A stretch of 62,775 nt of DNA from an uncultured Dehalococcoidia bacterium (GTDB lineage: Bacteria > Chloroflexota > Dehalococcoidia > DSTF01 > JACRBR01): positions 1 through 62,775 of the forward strand of contig CAYWOO010000110.1 of NCBI GenBank assembly GCA_964458665.1. The letters are read 5' to 3'. Shown here one piece after another: positions 10,021-18,795 of the stretch. The notes beneath the pieces were generated by a model. It was not told the origin of the DNA. It did no database searches and was given only the letters and a program-made list of their open reading frames with translations. The translations under genes and the position numbers were made by a program. The stretch's first letter is position 1. Every line of letters begins with the position of its first letter.

Positions 10021-11292
10021 ATGGCAAACGGCAACGGCACCAGCGGTAACGGGCGGCGGCGCGTCGTGATCACGGGCATGGGGACGATCAATCCTCTGGG
10101 ACACACCGTCGACGCGTTCTGGCAGGCCGCGCTCGCCGGCAAGTCGGGCGTCGGGCTGCTGACACAGGTCGATTCGACGGGCTACGACGTGCATATCGCC
10201 GGCGAAGTCAAAGACTTCGTGCCGGAGGAGTACATCGACCGCAAGGAAGCGCGCCGGATGGCGCGCTTCTCGCAGCTGGCGCTGGCGGCAGCGCGCGAGG
10301 CGTTCGAGACGTCGGGACTGGACGTACGCAACGAAGATCCATATCGCGTCGGCGTGCTGTTCGGCAACGGCATGGGCGGTTACCCGGACACGGACAAAGC
10401 GGTGAAGGACATCACGCAGCGCGGCGCGCGGCGGATGGACCCGTTCTACATGGTGAAGATGCTGCCGAATATGGCTGCCGCACAGGTGGCGATGCAGTAC
10501 GGCGCGAAGGGCTACAACGCGACGATCAGCACGGCCTGCGCATCGGCGGGCAATGCGATGGGCGAGGCGTTGGAGATGATTCGTCACGGCCGCGCGGACG
10601 TCATGATCACGGGCGGATCCGAGGCCGGCCTGTCGGAGTTGGGGCTTGCCGCCTTCCAGGTGATGAAGGCGCTTTCGACGAGCAACGACCCGCCCGAGGG
10701 CGCGAGCAGGCCGTTCGATGCGAAGCGGGATGGGTTCGTGTCGTCGGAGGGCGCCGGCGTGTTCATTATCGAAGCGCTGGAGCACGCGCAGCGGCGCGGC
10801 GCGCCGATCCTGGCGGAGCTTGCTGGCTACGGATGCACGTCGGACGCGCACCACGTTGTGGTGCCGGTGGAAGACGGCGAGACGACGGCGGCGTGCATGA
10901 CGCAGGCGCTTGCGGACGCGGGGCTGCGGGCGGAAGACGTCGACCACGTGAACGCGCACGCCACATCGACGCAGATGAACGACAAGTACGAGACGATCGC
11001 GTTGAAGCGGGCGCTGGGCGAGGTGGCGTACCAGATCCCGATCAGCGCGACGAAGTCACTGATCGGGCACACGCTGGGCGCGTCGGCGGCGATCGAAGCG
11101 GTGGCGTGCGTGCAAGCGATCCGCACCGGCTGGGTGCATCCGACGATCAACCAGGAGTATCCGGATCCCGACTGCGATCTGGACTACGTGCCGAACAAGG
11201 CGCGGCAGGCGGACGTGAAGGTCGTGCTGAAGAATAGCTTCGGCTTCGGCGGCCAGAACGCATGCCTGGTGTTCCGAAGGTACGAAGACTAG
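10021..11292 (+). CDS. fabF: 3-oxoacyl-ACP synthase II
   Basis: RRVVITGMG, TACAS catalytic Cys, HATST, KSLIGH, NSFGFGGQN. Confidence 0.95.
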   Translation: MANGNGTSGNGRRRVVITGMGTINPLGHTVDAFWQAALAGKSGVGLLTQVDSTGYDVHIAGEVKDFVPEEYIDRKEARRMARFSQLALAAAREAFETSGLDVRNEDPYRVGVLFGNGMGGYPDTDKAVKDITQRGARRMDPFYMVKMLPNMAAAQVAMQYGAKGYNATISTACASAGNAMGEALEMIRHGRADVMITGGSEAGLSELGLAAFQVMKALSTSNDPPEGASRPFDAKRDGFVSSEGAGVFIIEALEHAQRRGAPILAELAGYGCTSDAHHVVVPVEDGETTAACMTQALADAGLRAEDVDHVNAHATSTQMNDKYETIALKRALGEVAYQIPISATKSLIGHTLGASAAIEAVACVQAIRTGWVHPTINQEYPDPDCDLDYVPNKARQADVKVVLKNSFGFGGQNACLVFRRYED

Positions 11293-12215
11293 TGCGTGTC
11301 TTCGTCGCCGGCGGCGCCGGCTTCATTGGATCGTCGCTCACGAAGGTGCTGCTCGAAGAACAGCACGAGGTCACCGTCCTCGACAATCTCTCGAAGGGTT
11401 TCCGCGCGCTCGTGCCCGACGGCGCGCGATTCATCGAAGGCGACCTGCGGGACGAGGATCAGCTGCGTGGCTGGCTGCGCGGCCACGACGCCGTGATCAA
11501 CATGGCGGCGTTCATCGAGGTCGGACGGTCGGTGCAGGAGCCGGTGCTCTTCGCGGAGAACAACATCGTCAACTCGGTGCGCCTGCTGGAGGCGATGCAC
11601 CAGGCGGACGTGGGTAAGATCGTCTTTTCGTCCAGCGCCACGGTCTACGGCACGCCGCAACGGCTGCCGATCCGCGAGGAGGATCCGCTGGGTACGCAGT
11701 CGAATCCGTATGGCGCGTCGAAGGTGTCGACGGAAGCGTTCGTTGCGACGTACAACTCGCTGTACGGGATGGACGCGATCATCTTGCGCTACTTCAACCC
11801 GTATGGCCCGAACGAGCTGCACGAGCCGGAGACGCACGCCATCCCGAACTTCATCAAGTCCGCGCTGGCGAAGCAGCCGATCCCGCTGTACTGGAACGGC
11901 GAGCAGATCCGCGACTTCATCTACGTCGAAGACCTCGCGCGAGCGCACACGGCGGTGCTGGGGCTCTCCGGACTCCAGTACTTCAACGTCGGGTCGGAGA
12001 CCGGCTCGAAGATGATCGACATCATCAGCGAGATCACGGACATCCTCGAGTACCACATCGAGATCGAGGATCTCGGCGAGCGTGCGGGCGACGTGCCGGC
12101 CACATATGCATCGTCGGCGAAGCTCGCCGCCGCAACGGGCTGGCGCGCGCAGGTCGGCCTGCACGACGGGCTACAGCGCACGGTCGCGTGGTTTCGCGCG
12201 CAGTCGACGAAGTGA
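11292..12215 (+). CDS. galE: UDP-glucose 4-epimerase / NAD-dependent epimerase
   Basis: GGAGFIG, SSSATVYG, YGASK, LRYFNPYG. GTG start overlaps the fabF stop. Confidence 0.85.
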   Translation: MRVFVAGGAGFIGSSLTKVLLEEQHEVTVLDNLSKGFRALVPDGARFIEGDLRDEDQLRGWLRGHDAVINMAAFIEVGRSVQEPVLFAENNIVNSVRLLEAMHQADVGKIVFSSSATVYGTPQRLPIREEDPLGTQSNPYGASKVSTEAFVATYNSLYGMDAIILRYFNPYGPNELHEPETHAIPNFIKSALAKQPIPLYWNGEQIRDFIYVEDLARAHTAVLGLSGLQYFNVGSETGSKMIDIISEITDILEYHIEIEDLGERAGDVPATYASSAKLAAATGWRAQVGLHDGLQRTVAWFRAQSTK

Positions 12216-12447
12216 CGCCGCGCGGTTGCGTTTTGGCGGCCGTGTTTGGTACCGTCACCTCATAGGCTTCCTCGGCAACACGTCCACTGCCGCCCCCATT
12301 TTGGCGCACATGACGACGCAGGGGTACGAGGCCGCGCCGGCTGTGGGCGGACGCAACGACACGGGCAGAAACGCCGTGGTTCGCCGGCCATTGACGATGC
12401 CGGAGCACCGAAGGACCCCACGGCGAGTAGGAAGGAACACAGAGAAC

Positions 12448-12663
12448 ATGGCGAACGGACAGATCAAGCGGCTCGTGCGGGACCGTGGCTTCGGATTCAT
12501 CCGGCCGGATGGCGCGTCGGAGGACATCTTTTTTCACAGCTCCGCGCTGACGGGCGGCATCTTCGACGAGCTGAATGAAGGACAGAACGTCGAATTCGAC
12601 ACAGAGTCGGACCCGCGCGACCCGAAGCGCAGCCGCGCGATCAACGTGCGCGTCACCGGCTAG
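12448..12663 (+). CDS. Cold-shock domain protein
   Basis: RNP1 RGFGFI and RNP2 DIFFHSS; 71 aa; AGGAAGGA RBS upstream. Confidence 0.95.
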   Translation: MANGQIKRLVRDRGFGFIRPDGASEDIFFHSSALTGGIFDELNEGQNVEFDTESDPRDPKRSRAINVRVTG

Positions 12664-12691
12664 CACGCAGGATCATCGAGAGAGCACTAAG

Positions 12692-12721
12692 AGGCCCGGG
12701 GCGAACGCTTCGGGCCTTTTG
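12692..12721 (+). terminator. Intrinsic terminator of csp
   Basis: AGGCCCG...CGGGCCT stem followed by TTT. Confidence 0.8.
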
Positions 12722-12750
12722 CTTTCCGCGTAGACTGGCTCTGACTTTAT

Positions 12751-12918
12751 TCACCGCGAAGTCGCGAAGAGCGCAAAGGTTGTTTGGGAGATTCACCACA
12801 GAGGACACGGAGGACACAGAGACTGAGTTGGGAGCGTGTCGGGATTATTCACCGCGAAGGCGCGAAGAGCGCGGAGGTTGTTGGGGGATTCACCACAGAG
12901 ATCACGGAGGACACAGAG
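12751..12918 (+). repeat. Cluster of four 9-bp-periodic elements (CACCGCGAAG.. / CACCACAGAG..) in A-B-A-B order
   Basis: Direct inspection: elements at about 12751, 12794, 12849 and 12889. Confidence 0.8.
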
Positions 12919-12977
12919 GGCTGTTAGGGCGGTTCGGGAGTGTCGGCGCCGGGCGCATCTGACGACATAGGACACAC

Positions 12978-14105
12978 ATGACACACATGGAACACATGCA
13001 AGAGAAGCACGAAACGCAGCGCCAGGTGGTGGGCGTCGAGCCGCTGGAGCCGGCGAGCGTCCGCACGAGCGCGACGCGTCAGCGCATCAGGCGCCGGGCG
13101 GGCTCGGGCGATGCGGCGCTGGACGCGCGGATCGCCGAGCTTTTGGCTGGCGTTGACATTCCGCAGGCTGACCTGCTGCAGGACACGCTCGAGACCGCGT
13201 TTCGCATCGCGCGGACGGCGAATCGCGGCGAGATGAAGCTCGTACGGCGGTCGTTGCACGAGCTGGGGCGAGCGTTTCGCGTCTTCGCGCCGTATCGCGG
13301 CGTGCGCAAGGTCAGCGTGTTTGGATCGGCACGGACGGCGAACGACCACCCGGAGTACGCGATCGCGCGGGACTTTTCGTACAAGATCGCGGCTCGCGGC
13401 TGGATGGTGATCACGGGCGCGGGGCCGGGGATCATGGCGGCGGGGCACGAAGGCGCGGGCAAGCGCAACAGTTTCGGTGTCGGCATCAAGTTGCCAGGCG
13501 AGCAGGGCGCAAACGGGTTCATCGCGGGCGATCCCAAGCTGATCGACTTCAAGTACTTCTTCACGCGAAAGGTCACGTTCATGAAGGAGTCGGACGCCTT
13601 CGTGCTGTGCCCCGGGGGTCACGGCACGATGGACGAAGGCTTCGAGCTGCTTACCCTGATGCAGACGGGCAAGACGGCAATTCGCCCGGTGGTGCTTCTG
13701 GAGCCGAAGGGCGGCGACTACTGGCGGCACTGGGAGCGATTCGTACAAGCGCAACTGGTTGATCGCGGGTTGGCTTCGCCGGAAGATCTGTCGCTGTTCG
13801 AGCGGGCGGACAGCATCGATGGGGCGGTGGCGGTTATCGAGCATTTCTACGCGAACTACGACTCAGCGCGGTATGTCGGCGAGCGGCTGGTGATCCGACT
13901 GCGGCGTGCTCCTTCAGACGAGCAGCTCGACAGGTTGAACGACGCGTTCGGCGACGTCGTTGCGGCCGGGCGGATTGAGGCGTCCGGCATCACTGCGGCG
14001 GAGGCTCGCGACGGCGACGGCGTCGATCTGGCGCGCATCGCGCTGCGGCCGGTGCACAACTTCGGCCGCATCCGGCAGCTGATCGATGCGCTGAACGCGC
14101 TGTAG
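12978..14105 (+). CDS. LOG family (TIGR00730-like) nucleotide phosphoribohydrolase
   Basis: VSVFGSART, ITGAGPGIM, FKYFFTRKVTF, PGGHGTMDE. Confidence 0.9.
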   Translation: MTHMEHMQEKHETQRQVVGVEPLEPASVRTSATRQRIRRRAGSGDAALDARIAELLAGVDIPQADLLQDTLETAFRIARTANRGEMKLVRRSLHELGRAFRVFAPYRGVRKVSVFGSARTANDHPEYAIARDFSYKIAARGWMVITGAGPGIMAAGHEGAGKRNSFGVGIKLPGEQGANGFIAGDPKLIDFKYFFTRKVTFMKESDAFVLCPGGHGTMDEGFELLTLMQTGKTAIRPVVLLEPKGGDYWRHWERFVQAQLVDRGLASPEDLSLFERADSIDGAVAVIEHFYANYDSARYVGERLVIRLRRAPSDEQLDRLNDAFGDVVAAGRIEASGITAAEARDGDGVDLARIALRPVHNFGRIRQLIDALNAL

Positions 14106-14115
14106 CAGTGCAGTG

Positions 14116-14512
14116 ATGGGACAGCCGGGGACGGCTGGCCTCCAACGTGTTGCGCCGTCGCGACGGATCGTTCGTGTTTCGCCGTTGCGACGGATCGTTT
14201 CGTTTCAAACGCAAGGCCAACAGGCGGGGCGCCTGTCTGATGGTCCGGCGATGAGACAGCCGGGGACGGCTGTCCTCCAACGTGTTTCGCCGTCGCGACG
14301 GATCGTTCGTGTTTCGCCGTTGCGACGGATCGTTTCGTTTCAAACGCAAGGCCAACGGGCGGGGCGCCTGTCTGATGGTCCGGCGATGAGACGGCCGGGG
14401 ACGGCTGTCCTCCAACGTGTTGCGCCGTCGCGACGGATCGTTCGTGTTTCGCCGTTGCGACGGATCGTTTCGTTTCAAACGCAAGGCCAACAGGCGGGGC
14501 GCCTGTCCTACA
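14116..14512 (-). repeat. Tandem array, 3 x 135 bp, each unit carrying two REP-like hairpins (GGAG- and GTAG-headed on the - strand)
   Basis: Units start at 14121, 14256 and 14391; near-identical throughout. Confidence 0.95.
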
Positions 14513-14630
14513 TTGCATCGTCGCTCGTGGTAAGGCTCTGGCGGTTCAGCCGATCGATGTAGTTGGCGTCGTCGTGATGGCCGAGGCGGACGGCCTGCGC
14601 TGGTGCGTAGGCTTGTCGTGGAGGTGATGC

Positions 14631-15665
14631 ATGAGGACGACCGCGCTTGATGAAGTTCTCGAGCGATTTGCGACGACCGGGCCGGAGTTTGGGCCGGGGC
14701 TTTCGAACCACGGACCGATGGCCGCGGAGGCGCTGGCTACGATGGGCCGCGGCGACGTGGTCGCGCGATGGTCGGACTGGTACGCGAGGAGGCTCGCGGA
14801 GCATCCGGAGGCGCGAAACGCGATCGACGCGTCGAGCTGGCGCGAGGCGCTGGGCGATCTGCAGCGCGCGGGCGACTGGATCGCGTTCTTCGATCGCGAG
14901 GTCCGCGAGCGGCCGTGGCTCGAGTTATTGGAGACGTGGGTGGCGCGGCTGGCGCCGGGCATCATGGCGGGTGCGACGCACGGCATGCTGCGTACGGCGC
15001 ACGCGGTGCGTACGCTCGATGCGGGCGACAGTGCGCCACGGTTGCACGAGTTCGCGGAGGGGTTGGGTTACTGGGCGGCTCGCTACCAGGAGCTGCCGAC
15101 CGTTGAGGCAGAGCGGGGCACGATGTCCGTGCGGGAGGCGTTGGCGCGGGTGGAGCGCGTCGACTCGTCGCGCCGTGCATACGGCCTGATCTTCGACGCC
15201 GTAAAGGTGATCGATCCGGACACATTCGGCCCGGTCGTCGGCTATGTGGCGGTAGATGGTGATGCGGACGCATTCGTGTCGGATCTGACGCGGACGTTCG
15301 TGCGGCATTATCTGGTGAATGCTCAGCGCGCAGGAATCTCGTTCATCCATTGCGTGACCGCACCGAGCGCGCTGCGGACGCTGGCACCGCATCTGAGCGA
15401 CAGCACACGGCAAGCGGCGATGCGGTACGCGTGGCAGGCGTGCGCCTCAATCTACGCGGCGCACGCTGATGTTGCGCCGGACGACGTGCCGTTGGTCGAT
15501 GAGGCCGTGGAGTTCGACGCTGGTGATCTGATCGAGCAGGCCGTGTCGGGGCGCGATGAGCACGCGATCAAGTTCACGGAAGCGTGCTTGAAGGAGCATC
15601 GGATTACGGGCGATCCGGCGTTCGTGGTTGCGGCGCAGGATGTGGTGGTGCGGTTGCGGCGGTAA
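14631..15665 (+). CDS. Questin oxidase family (DUF4243-like) protein
   Basis: SNHGPMAAEAL, AGATHGMLRTAHA, IHCVTA, DEHAIKFTEAC; His-rich motifs. Confidence 0.8.
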   Translation: MRTTALDEVLERFATTGPEFGPGLSNHGPMAAEALATMGRGDVVARWSDWYARRLAEHPEARNAIDASSWREALGDLQRAGDWIAFFDREVRERPWLELLETWVARLAPGIMAGATHGMLRTAHAVRTLDAGDSAPRLHEFAEGLGYWAARYQELPTVEAERGTMSVREALARVERVDSSRRAYGLIFDAVKVIDPDTFGPVVGYVAVDGDADAFVSDLTRTFVRHYLVNAQRAGISFIHCVTAPSALRTLAPHLSDSTRQAAMRYAWQACASIYAAHADVAPDDVPLVDEAVEFDAGDLIEQAVSGRDEHAIKFTEACLKEHRITGDPAFVVAAQDVVVRLRR

Positions 15666-15682
15666 GGGGCGATTCGGGTGGC

Positions 15683-16066
15683 GGGACAGCCGGGGACGGC
15701 TGGTCCTTCACGCGTGGTACCCGGAGCACGAGCATTGACCGTTTGGCCGACGCCGCTCGGATGCAAGGCTAACAGGCGGGGGCGCCTGTCCTACATGGCG
15801 GAGTGGGCGACGGACGGGGCGCAAGGCCGACAGCCGGGGACGGCTGTCCTCCAACGAGCGGTGGCGGGATCGGAGTTTCTTGATCTCAGCTCGGGCGCAA
15901 GGCTAACAGGCGGGGGCGCCTGTCCTACATGGCGGAGTGGGCGACGGACGGGGCGCAAGGCCGACAGCCGGGGACGGCTGTCCTCCAACGAGCGGTGTCG
16001 GGATCGGAGTTTCTTGATCTCAGCTCGGGCGCAAGGCCAACAGGCGGGGGCGCCTGTCCTACATGG
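15683..16066 (-). repeat. Tandem REP array, 134-bp period
   Basis: AACAGGCGGGGGCGCCTGTCCTACA at 15771, 15905 and 16039, interleaved with ACAGCCGGGGACGGCTG hairpins. Confidence 0.95.
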
Positions 16067-16262
16067 CCGGCCTGCAACTGGCCGGCGCCGCGGCCCTGGA
16101 TCGCGTCGTGCTGTTCGCCTTGACGCGTCCGCTTGAAGGTAGACCTAACGGGCGCGGTTATGTACCTTGCGAGCGGCTTCAGGTGCCGGTTTGCGCCTCG
16201 TGCTGAACAACGCACCCTGACCGTTTGCGTGAAACGCGATTCTGCCCAAGGGAGGGACGAAG

Positions 16263-17057
16263 TTGCATATTGTTGTCCTGGTGAAGCAGGTTCCCGACTG
16301 GGATATCCCGCCTTCGAGCTTCAAAGTTGACGAAGCCGCGAAGAAGGTCGTGCCGCCGCAAGGCGTGGCGCCGGTGACGAGCCAGTTCGATGCGATTGCG
16401 GCGGAGGCGGCGATGCGGATCAAGGACGCCGACGCTGGCACGAAGGTGACGATCATGAGCATGGGCGCCGCGACGGCGCGCGATGTGATCAAGCAGGGTC
16501 TGGCGATGGGCGCGGACGAGGGCGTGCTGCTGACGGACGCGGCGTTCGACGATCTCGACAGCTATGGTGCGGCGGTTGTGCTCAGTACCGCCGTCAAGAA
16601 GCTGGGCGACGTCGACCTGGTGCTGACGGGACGGCAGGCGGTGGACTGGGACAGCGGCGTGACGCCGACGCTCATCGCGGGCATGCTGGACACGCCCGTG
16701 ATTACGTTCGGCAAGCGTGTGGCCGTGGCGGGCGGCACGGTGACCGTCGAGCGCGTGCTGCCGGACTCCTTCGAAACGGTCGAAGCATCGCTGCCCGCGG
16801 TGGTGAGCGTCAGCAACGAACTAGGCGAGCCGCGCTATCCGAAACTGCCGCAGATCATGGCTGCGGGCAAGAAGCAGGTGACGACGTGGGCTGCGAGCGA
16901 CCTCGGCCTTGATGCCGGGGCGCTGGGCCAAAAATTGACACTCGAAGCGCTGTATGTGCCCCTGGTCGACACGAAGGTGGAGATCATGGAGGGCGACACG
17001 CCGGAGGAGCAGGCGATGGCGCTGGCCAAGCGACTGCAGGAAGCGAAACTGATCTAG
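16263..17057 (+). CDS. etfB: Electron transfer flavoprotein beta subunit
   Basis: VLVKQVPD, AMGADEG, GRQAVD..SG, PRYPKL. Confidence 0.95.
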   Translation: MHIVVLVKQVPDWDIPPSSFKVDEAAKKVVPPQGVAPVTSQFDAIAAEAAMRIKDADAGTKVTIMSMGAATARDVIKQGLAMGADEGVLLTDAAFDDLDSYGAAVVLSTAVKKLGDVDLVLTGRQAVDWDSGVTPTLIAGMLDTPVITFGKRVAVAGGTVTVERVLPDSFETVEASLPAVVSVSNELGEPRYPKLPQIMAAGKKQVTTWAASDLGLDAGALGQKLTLEALYVPLVDTKVEIMEGDTPEEQAMALAKRLQEAKLI

Positions 17058-17117
17058 TGATCGCCACGCGATGTGATGTGCGCGCCGCAATGTGGCGCGC
17101 GGGAACGGAGATGCAAC

Positions 17118-18080
17118 ATGGCTAACGGAGTGCTGATCCTGGCCGAACTGATGGACGGCAAGGTCGCGCCGGTGACGCAGGAGCTTGTCGGCGCAGCGCA
17201 ACGGCTGGGCGCGGGCCCGGTGTCGGCGATGCTGATCGGTTCGGGTGTCGAAGGCGCGGCGAGCGGCGTCACCGGCGTCGAGAAGACGTACGTGGTCGAC
17301 GACCCTGCGCTGGCGGAGTACACGACCGACGGCTTCACGAATGCAGCCGCAGCGGTGGTCGCGCAGGCGGATCCGGCGATCATCCTGCTGGGTCAGACGA
17401 ACGCGGGGCGCGATCTGGGTCCGGCGTTGTCGTTCAAGCTGGGCACGGCCGTGGCGATGGACACGACGTCGCTGGAGATGAAGGACGGCAAGCTGCACAC
17501 GACTCGGCCGGCCTACGGCGGCAACGCTCGCGCGGTCAACGGTTTCACGGCGACGCCTGCGATCGCCACGGTGCGGCCGAAATCGCAAGACGCCGCGGAG
17601 GGCGGCAGCGCGGGTGCGGTGGAGAAGGTCGCGTTTGACGCGTCCGGCATTCGGACGAAGGTGGTCGATCGGAAGGTCGCGACGTCGGAAGGCGTGCGGC
17701 TGGAGGACGCGGACACCGTCGTGACGGGCGGACGCGGCCTCGGCGGGCCGGAAGGGTTCGCCGACATCGAAGGGTTGGCGAAAGAGCTGGGCGGCGCCGT
17801 GGGCGCAAGCCGGGCGGTGGCGGACCTGGGCTGGCGTCCTGTATCGGAGCAGGTGGGGCTGACAGGCAAAGTCGTCAGCCCGACACTCTACATCGCGGTG
17901 GCGGTGTCGGGCGCGAGCCAGCACATGGCGGGATGCTCCGGATCAAAGAACATCGTGGCGATCAACAAGGACCCGGACGCGAACATCTTCAAGGCGTCAC
18001 GGTTTGGCATCGTCGGCGACTACAAGACGGTGCTGCCGGCGTTCTTGGCGGCGGTGAAGAAGGTGCGGTCGGAAGGGTGA
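17118..18080 (+). CDS. etfA: Electron transfer flavoprotein alpha subunit
   Basis: [39 protein letters not shown]. Confidence 0.95.
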   Translation: MANGVLILAELMDGKVAPVTQELVGAAQRLGAGPVSAMLIGSGVEGAASGVTGVEKTYVVDDPALAEYTTDGFTNAAAAVVAQADPAIILLGQTNAGRDLGPALSFKLGTAVAMDTTSLEMKDGKLHTTRPAYGGNARAVNGFTATPAIATVRPKSQDAAEGGSAGAVEKVAFDASGIRTKVVDRKVATSEGVRLEDADTVVTGGRGLGGPEGFADIEGLAKELGGAVGASRAVADLGWRPVSEQVGLTGKVVSPTLYIAVAVSGASQHMAGCSGSKNIVAINKDPDANIFKASRFGIVGDYKTVLPAFLAAVKKVRSEG

Positions 18081-18287
18081 CGTTGGAGGCGGGAAACGGG
18101 ACGCGGGAAACGAGACAAGGCGGCGGGCATGGTGCCCGCCGTTCCCTTTTGGTTGAACCACAGAGGCACAGAGGCACGGAGGAATTGGTTGGAGGTGGGT
18201 GAGGGCGAGGGTACGGTTGTGGTTCGGGCGGCGCGCGGATCGCCACGGCGTGGGTTGCCGGGCGGCGTGATGAGGTAGGTTGCTGGC

Positions 18288-18707
18288 ATGCAGATCGAGA
18301 TCGTGTTTGCGGGGGAGATTGTGGAGCGGGTGGAGCTGCTGAACGGTACCGAGACGGTGTCGCTGGAGGGCGAGAGCGGCGACGGCGTTTGGACGATGTC
18401 CGGGCTGATGGCGTGGAACATCGGCCTGGTTTCGAGCGCCGGTGAAGGTGACATAACGTTCATCCGCAACGACGGTGCAGAGATATTCGGATCGTTGGCG
18501 CGCGGCGAGGTGGTGGAGTCGGCAGGGGCTGATGCGGGCGATCTCGCCGACCACACGATGCGGCTCGAGTACGACATCGACGGTGGCAGCGGTGGGTTCG
18601 ATTCCGCGGCAGGCCGTTGCACGGCGCTCGGCACGCTGGCTGCGGCCACGTTCCGGGGGACCTGGAGCATCACGCTCACGAGCGTTGGACGGGGTGTCCA
18701 AGAATAG
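18288..18707 (+). CDS. Hypothetical beta-rich protein
   Basis: Genome-typical codon pattern and GAGGT RBS; no recognised motif. Confidence 0.65.
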   Translation: MQIEIVFAGEIVERVELLNGTETVSLEGESGDGVWTMSGLMAWNIGLVSSAGEGDITFIRNDGAEIFGSLARGEVVESAGADAGDLADHTMRLEYDIDGGSGGFDSAAGRCTALGTLAAATFRGTWSITLTSVGRGVQE

Positions 18708-18795
18708 CTCGTAGACGATTGGTCATCGCACCTACGCCTGCGCGGGGGGACTGTCGAACATTACGTACGACAGAACCACCAGGGGCAGCGACCAT

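Noticed and set aside
12082-12447. Long N-terminal extension of the cold-shock protein
   Set aside because: It overlaps galE; there is a strong RBS before ATG 12448 and the resulting 71-aa size is canonical.
14116-16066. 135-bp and 134-bp arrays as CRISPR
   Set aside because: Whole units are near-identical, with no unique spacers and no cas genes in the window; the hairpins are REP-like.
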